A DNA stretch of 42,025 nucleotides, taken from assembly GCA_034722435.1 (NCBI GenBank), contig JAYENX010000022.1, forward strand, positions 1-42,025, written 5' to 3'. The position numbers were made by a program, and so were the translations under genes. Below the pieces are notes generated by a model. The model searched no databases and was not told where the DNA came from. It was given only the letters and a program-made list of their open reading frames with translations. Below are positions 26,982 through 36,102 of this stretch, in pieces. Position 1 is the first letter of the stretch, and every line of letters starts with the position of its first letter. This DNA is from Nanobdellota archaeon (lineage in GTDB: Archaea; Nanobdellota; Nanobdellia; Woesearchaeales; JAHWHD01).

Positions 26982-28055
26982 TCAGAACTTTTTAATCGCT
27001 AATTTTCCCCTTTCGACTTTAATCACATATTCATCTTTATCATTAAACTTTGTGATATTAGTAATGACTTCAGGAAGTAAAATCCTGCCGCCTCTTAATT
27101 GTAGATTAGTTATGATTTCTTGACCAGCTGCGTGTATTCCTACTTCTTTCAAAACATCTGAAGCTTTTTCTTCCTTAGAAACATTTTTTTTTTTTTTAGT
27201 TTCATCATATAGATATTTAGCAATCTTTGCAGCCACGTTTATACCAGTAGCTTTTGTTATACCTTGTAAACCTGGTGAAACATTTACTTCAATAACTAAA
27301 GGTCCTTTAGGTCCTTCAATAATGTCAACAGCGCCGATTCCTAGACCAACTGCTTTTGCAGCGTCAATAGCAATTTTTCTAGTATGTGCGTCAAGAGAGT
27401 AAGCTTCAGCTGAACCACCAGCATGGATGTTAGCTCGTTTATCGCCTTTGATAGCTTTTCTTTGCATTGCTGCAACTACTTTGCCTCCGATAACTATAGC
27501 CCGTATATCTGCGCCGCCAGTTTCAACATATTCTTGGATTATCACAGGTTGTTTCAAAGCAGTCATAGCGTCAAGAACTGAAGATGCAGACGGGTATGAA
27601 TCTGCAAACATGACACCCTTACCATGAGTTCCTTGAGGAAATTTCATAACAATAGGATAATTTACATTTTTAAGAAGTTCTTTAGCAGCCTCGGGAGTTG
27701 CTGCGAGATAAGTTGTTGGCATAGGAACTCCTGCAGCTTGTAGTTGTACATGCGTAAGAAGTTTATCGTGCCCAATTGTGAATGAATGAGGTTTAAGAGG
27801 AAGATATGTTCCGCGCGTTCTTAATATAGAACTTACAGCTCTTGCAAGGTTTGCATATCTGAAAGAACCTTTTACATATACGCAATCGTATTCAGGAAAT
27901 TCTTCACCATCGTACATAAGTTCTAGGCCTTTACCGCCAAAGAATACTTCTATCTTACTTATCTTGACTAAATCTACTTCGTCAAAACATTTTTTCATCT
28001 CTTCAATTGTCCAAAGTGATGATTTCGCGCCAAGGCATACTACTGCTGCTTTCAT
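26982..28055 (-). CDS. rimK: RimK-family ATP-grasp alpha-L-glutamate ligase with C-terminal AbrB-like extension
   Basis: HDKLLT, PIVMKFPQGTHGKGVM, IIQEYV, DIRAIVIGG, RANIHAGG, AVDII, IEVNVSPG. Confidence 0.9.
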   Translation of the reverse strand: MKAAVVCLGAKSSLWTIEEMKKCFDEVDLVKISKIEVFFGGKGLELMYDGEEFPEYDCVYVKGSFRYANLARAVSSILRTRGTYLPLKPHSFTIGHDKLLTHVQLQAAGVPMPTTYLAATPEAAKELLKNVNYPIVMKFPQGTHGKGVMFADSYPSASSVLDAMTALKQPVIIQEYVETGGADIRAIVIGGKVVAAMQRKAIKGDKRANIHAGGSAEAYSLDAHTRKIAIDAAKAVGLGIGAVDIIEGPKGPLVIEVNVSPGLQGITKATGINVAAKIAKYLYDETKKKKNVSKEEKASDVLKEVGIHAAGQEIITNLQLRGGRILLPEVITNITKFNDKDEYVIKVERGKLAIKKF

Positions 28056-28073
28056 AAAATAATTCCCCCTAAA

Positions 28074-28415
28074 TTATTTTTTGCCAGGATCTATTAAAAA
28101 TCCGTGCTTAAGAAGGTTCCTTCCAACAAGAACCTTATAATTCATATGACTTCTGTTTGCTAGAGTGAAATGAGTTTTCATTTTTTTCCCTGCAATTTCA
28201 ATAACTACTTCAACTACCGGTCTTGTTGCGACTCCGAGTGCTTGTTTTACCTGTAATGTCTTAATTATAGGTCCTAGATTAAGTTCTGCTGCTAATACAG
28301 TATCAATTGAATTTGTTTTTGCACCTGTATCGATTCTTGCAGTTACTGTCTTTTTCTTTTTAGGTCCAAAGACCATAACTTTTTCTGTACATCCTATAAT
28401 TATATTATCTGTCAT
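28074..28415 (-). CDS. RimK-associated retropepsin-like protease (RimB/putative ATP-dependent Zn protease family)
   Basis: IIGCTE, ARIDTGA catalytic motif, RPVV, FTLANRSHMNYKVLVGRNLL; directly upstream of rimK. Confidence 0.88.
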   Translation of the reverse strand: MTDNIIIGCTEKVMVFGPKKKKTVTARIDTGAKTNSIDTVLAAELNLGPIIKTLQVKQALGVATRPVVEVVIEIAGKKMKTHFTLANRSHMNYKVLVGRNLLKHGFLIDPGKK

Positions 28416-28434
28416 GGATGAAAATAGAGGGGAG

Positions 28435-28452
28435 TTATTTATAAATGTTACT
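28435..28452 (-). promoter_or_regulatory. BRE/TATA-type promoter candidate for protease-rimK
   Basis: Minus strand agtaacatttataaataa ~20 nt before the ATG at 28415. Confidence 0.5.
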
Positions 28453-28506
28453 AAATAGGGAGTTATACAGGTAAATATTTAAACATAGAAGTATAAAATA
28501 AGTAAT

Positions 28507-29238
28507 ATGAAACTTAATAAGTTATTCTTGTTCGGTATTGTTATGTTGTTGATTTTACAGTTTGCAACTGCGAAAGTTTCGGTTAATGGATTTGTTAATG
28601 ATCATGCAAACATAATTGATGCAGAGGATGAAGCCGAGCTTAATTCTATACTGAAATCGTTATATGATGCAGACATTGCAGAGTTTGCAGTTGTTACAAT
28701 TGATTCTTTAGAAGGAGTAGCCATAGAAAGTTATGCTTTAGATTTAGCGCAAGGCGTTTTAGGTGATAAAGAGAAGAATAATGGTTTATTGTTGTTAGTA
28801 TCTTTGCAAGATAGAGAGTATAGGTTTGAAGTTGGACGTGGTTTAGAAGGAGACTTGAATGATGGTAAAGTTGGTAGGATTGGAAGAACGTACCTCATAC
28901 CTAACTTTAGAGCAGGAGATTATGGGACAGGAATAGTCGAAGCATCAAAATCTGTTCGCAGTGTTTTAGCTAAGGATCTTGAGTCCGCGTATTATGTTGA
29001 AGAACCTGAAGAGAATGATATGATAGTTTGGTTTTATATCATTGTATGGATAATTATTATTGTGCTTCCGATATTGGCAGCAGTTTTAAAAAATAAAAAA
29101 TTTAAGAATAAATATTTCAATGCTGCAGCTGGCGCGATAATTCTTTTTGGAAACCGTGGAGGTCGGGGCGGGTCAGGAGGATTTGGCGGGTTCGGTGGCG
29201 GAGGATTCGGCGGTGGCGGCGCTGGAGGAAAATTCTAG
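28507..29238 (+). CDS. TPM-domain (DUF477) membrane protein
   Basis: FVNDHANII, VVTIDSLEG..IE, NNGLLLLVS, RFEVGRGLEG, TM helix and Gly-rich tail GGGGFGGGGAGG. Confidence 0.93.
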   Translation: MKLNKLFLFGIVMLLILQFATAKVSVNGFVNDHANIIDAEDEAELNSILKSLYDADIAEFAVVTIDSLEGVAIESYALDLAQGVLGDKEKNNGLLLLVSLQDREYRFEVGRGLEGDLNDGKVGRIGRTYLIPNFRAGDYGTGIVEASKSVRSVLAKDLESAYYVEEPEENDMIVWFYIIVWIIIIVLPILAAVLKNKKFKNKYFNAAAGAIILFGNRGGRGGSGGFGGFGGGGFGGGGAGGKF

Positions 29239-29385
29239 TACTGGACATAAAATGTTAATAGATTGGATGATTATAATTTAATTATTTCAAATCTATCAAA
29301 AAAAATTCAACTTTCAAATTATCGTTTTCATCATATAGAAAACAATTTACTAAGATTTCATACATTAAAGAGATTGTGATTTGAA

Positions 29386-30201
29386 ATGAAATTAAAAAAT
29401 AATAAGAAATCAAATAAATGGAATATAACTAAAGAATTTATTATTAAAGAATATGTCACAAATAAGAAATCTTTGCCTCAAATAGCTAAAAAGATTGGAA
29501 TGCCATATGAAACTTTATTCTGGTACAAGAAGAAATTTGGAATTCCTTCGCATTCAACTGCTTTCTGGCACATTGGTAAAAGAAGATCTCCGAAAACTGA
29601 ATTCAAAAAAGGTGCTTCGCCTTGGAATATGGGAACAAAAGGATTAGTGAAGGCTTGGAATAAAGGAAGGAAATTTAATGAAGAGTTCAGAAAAAAGATC
29701 TCGATTGCTACAAAAAAAGCTATGCAAAAACCGGAAATACGAGCAAAAATTCGAAAAACACAATTTAAAAAAGGAATCATACCTTGGAACAAGAATAAAA
29801 CAAATGTTTATTCTAATGAAACAATAGAAAAAATAAGAAAAGCTCGTTTGAAGCAGGTATTCCCAAAAAAGAACACAAAAATTGAAATAATTTTATTCAA
29901 ACTTCTGGAAGAATTAGATGCTAAATTTCATAAACACATCGCAATAAGTACAATCTGTCAAGCAGATGCATTTTTACCTCCAAACTGCGTTATTTTCGCT
30001 GATGGTGATTATTGGCACAGCAATCCCAATAAATATCCAAAACCAATGACTCCAGCACAAATTAAAAATAGGAAAAGAGATATAAAGACAAATAATAGAC
30101 TTATACTTGAAGGTTTCACAGTACTTCGACTTTGGGAAACTGATTTGTTGAAACATCCTGAAAAATGTAAACAGAAAATAATTAAAATAATTCCAAGGTG
30201 A
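29386..30201 (+). CDS. Homing-endonuclease-like protein: HTH, NUMOD3-like repeats, Vsr/DUF559-type nuclease
   Basis: SLPQIAKKIG HTH-like; FKKG.xPWN repeats (TEFKKGASPWN, TQFKKGIIPWN); FADGDYWH...RD...L...GFTVLRLWE. Confidence 0.8.
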   Translation: MKLKNNKKSNKWNITKEFIIKEYVTNKKSLPQIAKKIGMPYETLFWYKKKFGIPSHSTAFWHIGKRRSPKTEFKKGASPWNMGTKGLVKAWNKGRKFNEEFRKKISIATKKAMQKPEIRAKIRKTQFKKGIIPWNKNKTNVYSNETIEKIRKARLKQVFPKKNTKIEIILFKLLEELDAKFHKHIAISTICQADAFLPPNCVIFADGDYWHSNPNKYPKPMTPAQIKNRKRDIKTNNRLILEGFTVLRLWETDLLKHPEKCKQKIIKIIPR

Positions 30202-30206
30202 TAATA

Positions 30207-30398
30207 ATGAAAAAAAAGAAAATACATAAAAAAACTGGAGAACATTATCTTAACTGTCCAAGGTGCGAAGTTCACATGGACAAACTCGAAAAGAAAGATG
30301 TAGTAATTGATATATGTAAAAAGTGTGGCGGTATGTGGGTTGATGCTGGAGAGCTTGAAAAGCTCGCTGAAATTACTAAGGAGGAAATGGAAAAATGA
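30207..30398 (+). CDS. Small zinc-ribbon protein (zf-TFIIB-like)
   Basis: LNCPRC...IDICKKCGGMWVDAGELEKL; AGGTGA RBS 6 nt before ATG 30207, so preferred over GTG 30198. Confidence 0.85.
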   Translation: MKKKKIHKKTGEHYLNCPRCEVHMDKLEKKDVVIDICKKCGGMWVDAGELEKLAEITKEEMEK

Positions 30399-30970
30399 AA
30401 AAGAAGATGTCAGGTACAAAAAAAAGCATTATAGTTGCTATTGCGATTATTTTAATTTTATTGTTATGGTTATGGGGTAGCTATAATAGTTTGATAACTG
30501 CCGATGAAGGTGTTGGTGAGAAATGGGCAAACGTGCAAAGTGCTTATCAAAGAAGGATTGATTTAATTCCTAATCTAATAAGTACAGTCCAAGCAAGTGC
30601 AGATTTCGAGACAAATTTACAGACTCAAGTAACTGCTATGAGAAGTGGGTTAAGTACGTCCGCAACACCTGAAGATTTAGAAATATTAGGTACAAAGATT
30701 AATAGTGCAATAAATCTAGTGTTTGAAGCGTATCCTGAAGTGAAAAGTACTGAAGCTTTCATCACTTTACAAGATCAGTTAGAAGGTACAGAGAACAGGA
30801 TAAAGACTGAACGGGACATATTCAATAAAGCTGTAAAGGATTACAACATTAGAGTTAGAAGAGTTCCAACTAACATTGTAGCAGGCTGGTTTGGTTTTGA
30901 AAAGAAGGTTATGTTCGAAGCTGATGCAGGAGCTGATGTTGTGCCTGATGTAAGTGCAATATTAGGATAA
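30395..30970 (+). CDS. lemA: LemA family protein
   Basis: N-terminal TM, YNSL, WANVQSAYQRRIDLIPNL, AYPEVKS, LEGTENRI, YN..VRRVPTNIVA. Confidence 0.95.
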   Translation: MKKKMSGTKKSIIVAIAIILILLLWLWGSYNSLITADEGVGEKWANVQSAYQRRIDLIPNLISTVQASADFETNLQTQVTAMRSGLSTSATPEDLEILGTKINSAINLVFEAYPEVKSTEAFITLQDQLEGTENRIKTERDIFNKAVKDYNIRVRRVPTNIVAGWFGFEKKVMFEADAGADVVPDVSAILG

Positions 30971-30971
30971 G

Positions 30972-30993
30972 TTATTTATTTTTATTTCTTTTT
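30972..30993 (+). terminator. Oligo-T terminator candidate after lemA
   Basis: ttatttatttttatttcttttt immediately after the stop, between convergent genes; similar tracts follow the stops at 208, 35383 and 39199. Confidence 0.45.
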
Positions 30994-30997
30994 GAAA

Positions 30998-31552
30998 TTA
31001 TTTAAACAAAATCATTGCAGAATCATATTTTAGCTTAATCATTGCTTTTGCCCTAGGTGTAAGTTTATTCCACGACCGTTCTAATTTCCTTGCAACAAAT
31101 TGCTGCGCTTCTTCAATTTTTAATCTTCTTGTAACTAGTGCCAAATTAAATAAAGAACTAACATTATCAAAATGAGACAGCGCATCTGCGTCGGCTATAC
31201 ATTCAGCTTCAATTGTCTCTCTTGGAATATCTTTACTTCCCCTATGTGCAATGATACAATGTTTAATCTGTTCAATTTTTTCTTTAGGATAGTTATATTT
31301 TGTTAGCAATTCTTCAGCATATTTTGCTCCAGAAATGTGATGGTTATCATAATCTCCCAATATACTTGCAATATCATGTAACCAACCCGCCAACTCTACA
31401 ATTTCAATATCCGCACCAGTTTCTTTTGCTAATTGTTTTGCATATTTTACCATGCTAACAAAATGATGATCGTATGCGGCCATTCCAAAAAAGTTAGTTT
31501 CTTTTTGACACTCTTCCTTTACATACTTTCTTACTTCTTCAACAATATCCAT
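30998..31552 (-). CDS. HD-domain phosphohydrolase
   Basis: H..SMVKYA, LAGWLHDI, HH..GA, AHR, IADADALS. Confidence 0.9.
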   Translation of the reverse strand: MDIVEEVRKYVKEECQKETNFFGMAAYDHHFVSMVKYAKQLAKETGADIEIVELAGWLHDIASILGDYDNHHISGAKYAEELLTKYNYPKEKIEQIKHCIIAHRGSKDIPRETIEAECIADADALSHFDNVSSLFNLALVTRRLKIEEAQQFVARKLERSWNKLTPRAKAMIKLKYDSAMILFK

Positions 31553-31657
31553 AATCTAAAACAGAATTTATGAGTTTAATAAATTTATTGTTTTATTCTT
31601 TGATGTTTTTATTATAAATCTAAGTGTAATATATAAATGGAGAGAATTAAAGCAGAA

Positions 31658-32275
31658 TTATTTCTTTTGCGCTAGTATCCATAGATGTCTTTCAGTTCTA
31701 TAATCTTCAACAACTAAAAGTATTTTAAAACCTGCCTCGGAGATTAGTTTTTTATTATTTTCAACAGAATATGAGCTCCAGGCCATAGGCGCTCCTACAA
31801 AGTCAGGATTAACTGCGCATTTCATAGACTCAGCACCTAAAGTAATCAGAATGTAACCTTTACTTTTTAATAAATAGTTCATTCTTGAGAATAATTTCTT
31901 ATGCTCAGTCCTCGGTATATGAAATATTGCAAAAAATGAAATTATAGCATTAAATTTTCCTTTAATCTCTTTACTAAAGAAATCTCCAACCATGTATTTT
32001 GCGTCTTTAACATTCTTCTTTGCTAATTCTATATGTTTCTCTGAAATATCGATTCCTGTTAATCTAATTTTATTCTTTACAAAGTATTTATCGTGAGGTA
32101 AACCAATTCCACAACCGAAATCTAAAATCTTAGAATTGTTATCCAGTCTTGAAATTAATTCATCACACATGAATTTATCGAAAGAAGTTAGTTTCGAACT
32201 TTCACGGTTATAGAATTTTTCATAATTACCTTTATTATAACCTTGTTTTACTAGTTTTCTCATGTTTGAAACCAT
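31658..32275 (-). CDS. Class I SAM-dependent methyltransferase
   Basis: ILDFGCGIG, TGIDISE, FNAIISFFAIFH, LKSKGYILI. Confidence 0.92.
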   Translation of the reverse strand: MVSNMRKLVKQGYNKGNYEKFYNRESSKLTSFDKFMCDELISRLDNNSKILDFGCGIGLPHDKYFVKNKIRLTGIDISEKHIELAKKNVKDAKYMVGDFFSKEIKGKFNAIISFFAIFHIPRTEHKKLFSRMNYLLKSKGYILITLGAESMKCAVNPDFVGAPMAWSSYSVENNKKLISEAGFKILLVVEDYRTERHLWILAQKK

Positions 32276-32296
32276 AAACTGAAACCAGATGTTGAG

Positions 32297-32310
32297 GTAT
32301 ATAAATGTTT
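32297..32310 (-). promoter_or_regulatory. BRE/TATA-type promoter candidate for the methyltransferase
   Basis: Minus strand aaacatttatatac ~20 nt upstream of the start. Confidence 0.5.
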
Positions 32311-32397
32311 AGAAATTGTTAATTGTAATGATTTTAGGGGCTTTTAGAATAAAGGGCTTTGATAAGATTTAAACGTTATAATATATGTGGAAAAACA

Positions 32398-32466
32398 AAC
32401 TGAAGTCCCAGGATTTGCCCCCTCTCAGTTGCCACCCTTTTGAAACTTCGCTTCGTTCGTAACTGG
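32398..32466 (+). ncRNA. Candidate structured small RNA or 5' leader (unassigned)
   Basis: 34/66 GC at 32401-32466 versus 15/60 in the preceding 60 nt; two alternative stems; TATA-like aaacgttataa at 32371. Confidence 0.25.
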
Positions 32467-32568
32467 AAAAAAGTTTAACAAAGATTATCATGATGGTTAT
32501 AGTCATAAAAAAGATTAGAATTCTAAATTAATTGTATACGACTCAAGAAGGGAATAGTTATATTTATA

Positions 32569-32994
32569 ATGGCGTATAATATCTATCCCAATATGAATCA
32601 ACCATTATTAGTAACTGCCGCAATTATTGAAAAGAATCAGAAACTTTTATTGATAAAAAGAGCGAGAGAACCATTTAAAGATTATTGGTGTTTTATTGGA
32701 GGATGTGGTGCATTTAAAACAACTTCAAATCCTATAGAAGCAGTAAAAATAGAAGTCTTGGCAGATATTAATTGTAACTTTAAACCAAACTTTTTTAGAT
32801 ATAATCAAGACAAATTTGAAGTTCCAACAATTACTTTATTTTTTTATGGATCTATCGAAAAGACTCCAGTAATAACACCAAAATATGTTTCTGAATATAG
32901 ATGGTTTGATAAAAAGGATATTTTGAAATTAAATCTAGGTTTTGATCATAAACTAATTCTTAATGAGTATCTGAAAAGATTCCCTTCTGAGTAA
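32569..32994 (+). CDS. Nudix hydrolase-like protein (degenerate Nudix box)
   Basis: VTAAIIEKNQKLLLIKRAREPFKDYWCFIGG, EAVKIE, RWFD, LGFDH. Confidence 0.8.
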   Translation: MAYNIYPNMNQPLLVTAAIIEKNQKLLLIKRAREPFKDYWCFIGGCGAFKTTSNPIEAVKIEVLADINCNFKPNFFRYNQDKFEVPTITLFFYGSIEKTPVITPKYVSEYRWFDKKDILKLNLGFDHKLILNEYLKRFPSE

Positions 32995-33052
32995 TATCAA
33001 ATTCTCAAGATATAAAGTAAAGCATATAAACACACATACAACTAATTAACTT

Positions 33053-33790
33053 ATGGTACAACTTAAAGAGGAGTTTCAGTTATCAGAACATCTTAGTTTA
33101 GATGAATATGATGGGTACATGAAACATAAACCTCTTGAGCAAAGGATTATTTTAGATTTTGTGATTAATAGGTTAAAAGAAAAAAGCAGTCTGAAGATTA
33201 TAGAGTTCGGTGCAGGAACTGGAAGGTTCACTAAACTGTTATTAAATATATTTCCTAAATTAAACTTAATACTTGTTGAGCCTGACAAAAACTGTTGTTT
33301 AAAGTTAAACAAATTAAAAAAGAAATATCCTCAAATAAAAATAGTTCAGTCTACTGCTGAAAATTATAAGTCAAAAGAAAAGTTTGATATTGTCATCATG
33401 GCAACTGCATTTCATCATGTTGCGTTCAAGAATAAGTCTAAAGTTTTGAAACTTGTAAAAAGTATACTTAACAAGAATGGGATGTTTTTATGCGGAGATA
33501 ATTTTATTGCCGAATATAAAAATATGAAAGAAAGGGATCAAGTTTTGAAAAAGTCAATGGATAAATGGATTAGAGATGCAAAAAGAGATAACGATGTTAA
33601 AGAAATAAAAATGGCCCAAGATATGCAGAAGATAGTCTTTAGAAAAGATTATGGTGGAGAATATTTTATCTGCCCTTCAAAGTTCGAAGCACACATTAAA
33701 GAAGCTAAATTAACAGTTAAAGGTAAGGTTAATGTAACTAATACAGATCCCCTCGATATGGAGAAGTATTTCTATTTAGTTATGAGATGA
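33053..33790 (+). CDS. Class I SAM-dependent methyltransferase
   Basis: IIEFGAGTGRFT, LVEPD, FDIVIMATAFHH, LNKNGMF. Confidence 0.9.
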   Translation: MVQLKEEFQLSEHLSLDEYDGYMKHKPLEQRIILDFVINRLKEKSSLKIIEFGAGTGRFTKLLLNIFPKLNLILVEPDKNCCLKLNKLKKKYPQIKIVQSTAENYKSKEKFDIVIMATAFHHVAFKNKSKVLKLVKSILNKNGMFLCGDNFIAEYKNMKERDQVLKKSMDKWIRDAKRDNDVKEIKMAQDMQKIVFRKDYGGEYFICPSKFEAHIKEAKLTVKGKVNVTNTDPLDMEKYFYLVMR

Positions 33791-33804
33791 AGAATTCTTA
33801 AAGA

Positions 33805-34176
33805 TTATTTAGTTGATTGCATACCAACATACACAACTAAACAGCCTCCTGCAGCGAATACTGGACCATCTACCATTGATTCAAGTCCAAAGCTGTTAGC
33901 TACTTTTTCACTAGCTGACTTTACTTTTTGAACTTCTATACCTATATTTGTCTTCTGATTAGGCGTTATTTCACAGTTACCATCTTTAGTAATATCAGGT
34001 GACCAGTTTAATGTAACTCCCATCCAATACGGATTATTTGCTTCTTCTCTTACAGGCCAAGTATTAAGATTATGTCCGCTAATTTCTTGTTTTAAAGTCC
34101 AATAAGCTCTGTCTCTAGGATTCATTCCATAACACATAATACTTCTGTATGCATTTTTTAAAAATTCTATTACCAT
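33805..34176 (-). CDS. Hypothetical protein
   Basis: 123-aa ORF occupying an intergenic gap; no motif recognised. Confidence 0.55.
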   Translation of the reverse strand: MVIEFLKNAYRSIMCYGMNPRDRAYWTLKQEISGHNLNTWPVREEANNPYWMGVTLNWSPDITKDGNCEITPNQKTNIGIEVQKVKSASEKVANSFGLESMVDGPVFAAGGCLVVYVGMQSTK

Positions 34177-34317
34177 TTTGTATGAAGAAAATCGTTATGA
34201 TATAAATAATTAATGTAATCCACATATTAAAGATTTCATTAACAAATATTCAATAATCTGACACAAAAGAGATTTATACACTTAGCTTTATAAATGAGCT
34301 GTTAAATATTGTGTTTT

Positions 34318-34851
34318 ATGGTTAAAATTAAGGGTTATGAGTTCAAGGAAGTAAAGGTTCGTGATTCGTATAATCGAAGAGCTTTGAAGTTTAAGAATAA
34401 TATAATTAACTCTCTTAAATTGTTTGGGATAACTGAAGACGATATAGAGATTCCTTTAGAAACTGTTGCTATGAAAAAAGCACAAGCTACAGTTTCATGG
34501 TACATGTGGGATGAACATTTATTGTTTAGCTATAACGGTTCTGGAAAGTTTGTTGAAAACTTGGCAATGATTGCAAAAGTTATTGATCATTATATTCAAC
34601 TCTTAAGTGAAAACGAAATAACTAAGGAAGAAATGTTAGAGGCGTTTGTAGAAGATGAAGATATTCTTAAACAAAGGAAAGAAGCTAGAGAGGTTCTCGG
34701 TGTAGAAGAAGATTCTACAGATTTTGATGAGATGCATAAAAAGTTTAAAAAACTTTCAAAAGAGCACCACCCTGATATGCCGAACGGAGATACTGAAACG
34801 TTTCAGAAATTAAACCGTGCACATAAAATTCTTAAAAGAGAGTCAAGTTAA
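34318..34851 (+). CDS. C-terminal J-domain (DnaJ-like) protein
   Basis: AREVLGV...KKFKKLSKEHHPD...FQKLNRAHKIL; ATG 34318 preferred over TTG 34309. Confidence 0.88.
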   Translation: MVKIKGYEFKEVKVRDSYNRRALKFKNNIINSLKLFGITEDDIEIPLETVAMKKAQATVSWYMWDEHLLFSYNGSGKFVENLAMIAKVIDHYIQLLSENEITKEEMLEAFVEDEDILKQRKEAREVLGVEEDSTDFDEMHKKFKKLSKEHHPDMPNGDTETFQKLNRAHKILKRESS

Positions 34852-34918
34852 ATTCTGAGATTAAACATTTCGATAAATATATATACTGATTATTAAAAAA
34901 TTCTTATAACATAATGAG

Positions 34919-35383
34919 GTGGTTAGAATTGAAAAAATAATAGCGATTGTTCCAAATTTAAAAATAAAGAAGTTACTAGGTTTCTCAGTTGAAACTTATA
35001 CATTAGTTGTTACAGAATCAAGAAGTATTTTTGCATTTCTAACTTCTGCCATGTTAAAAGAGCAAATTGCGGAAGTAAGAAAACAAGCAAAAGCAGAAGG
35101 GAAAGGATTCTTTGGTCAATGGGGTGCACAGTTAAAAGCGGCATTCACATATGCTGAAAAGTATAGAAATATGGATCCTGAACAAATATTAACTGAAAAT
35201 CCTAAAAATTTCGAAGTAGCGAATTCAGCGGTAGAGAAAGTGAAAATCAGAATGATAAATAATTACGAACAAACTACTAATTACAGGGTAACCCTCAAAA
35301 CCGTTGGCAAGAAATATGTTTTTGAAACTCCATCAGATTCTAAAGTGGAGTTTAAAAAAGCTTACGGAGACAAAGTTGCTTAA
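34919..35383 (+). CDS. Hypothetical protein
   Basis: 154-aa ORF with GAGGTG RBS-like sequence overlapping the GTG (possible ATT start at 34928); oligo-T tract after the stop. Confidence 0.7.
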   Translation: MVRIEKIIAIVPNLKIKKLLGFSVETYTLVVTESRSIFAFLTSAMLKEQIAEVRKQAKAEGKGFFGQWGAQLKAAFTYAEKYRNMDPEQILTENPKNFEVANSAVEKVKIRMINNYEQTTNYRVTLKTVGKKYVFETPSDSKVEFKKAYGDKVA

Positions 35384-35403
35384 TTAGATATTTTATTTTT
35401 CTT

Positions 35404-35433
35404 TTTATTCAATACCTAATTTGTTGTTGAGAT
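35404..35433. repeat. 30-bp perfect direct repeat, copy 1
   Basis: tttattcaatacctaatttgttgttgagat, identical to 36103-36132. Confidence 0.95.
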
Positions 35434-35500
35434 TGGACATAATAAATTCTAAATTATTTAACAGATTATTTTATAAATATGTTTCAATCAACAGAAAATA

Positions 35501-36088
35501 ATGAAAACTAAAAACATGCATACTAGTAATTTACTTCCAAAAAAGATAAATCCTATAATTGAAATCTTTTTTGAATATGCACAGTTAAAAAACCTTTATC
35601 GTCAGGGTTGGCTAAAAAGAGGAGTATCTAAGTTAGATTGTGAAACTGTTGCAGAACATTCTTTTGGAGTCGCATTATTAGGGTATATAATAGCTGAAGA
35701 ATATAGACCCGATTTAGATTCATTTAGAGTAATGAAATTAGGATTGTTTCATGAGATGGGAGAAATATATGCGGGAGATATAATTCCGTCAGATGATATA
35801 AGTATTGAGGATAAAGCTAAAAAAGAGTTTCAAAGTGTTCAACAAGTTTTTTCAGGATTGCCAAATGCTAAAAAATATGTTGATATTTGGTTAGAATATG
35901 AACATCAAGAAACTCCTGAAGCAAAGTTTGTAAAACAAATAGATAAACTTGAGATGGCTTTACAGGCAAATTTATATGAAAGAATGGAGTATACTGGTTT
36001 AAATGAATTTTTTCCTTATGTTGAACAAAGAATTAGTTCTCCAGAATTGAAACCTATCTTAGATGAGATTCTAGAAAGTAGAAATTAA
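35501..36088 (+). CDS. HD-domain 5'-(deoxy)nucleotidase-like protein (YfbR/HDDC2 type)
   Basis: LKNLYRQGW, ETVAEHSF, LFHEMGE..AGDIIP (HE in place of HD), EAKFVKQIDKLEM. Confidence 0.87.
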   Translation: MKTKNMHTSNLLPKKINPIIEIFFEYAQLKNLYRQGWLKRGVSKLDCETVAEHSFGVALLGYIIAEEYRPDLDSFRVMKLGLFHEMGEIYAGDIIPSDDISIEDKAKKEFQSVQQVFSGLPNAKKYVDIWLEYEHQETPEAKFVKQIDKLEMALQANLYERMEYTGLNEFFPYVEQRISSPELKPILDEILESRN

Positions 36089-36102
36089 GTTTATGGTTAA
36101 TC

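Noticed and set aside
29386-30201. Endonuclease considered as an intein or intron-encoded ORF
   Set aside because: No Cys/Ser...His-Asn splice motifs and both flanking genes look complete.
30198-30206. GTG start for the zinc-ribbon gene as given in the ORF track
   Set aside because: The GTG is part of an AGGTGA RBS correctly spaced for ATG 30207.
32398-32482. Element considered as a tRNA, integron attC site or known riboswitch
   Set aside because: No cloverleaf or T-loop GTTC, no matching RYYYAAC/GTTRRRY box pair, no consensus of a riboswitch class I recognise; kept only as an unassigned candidate.
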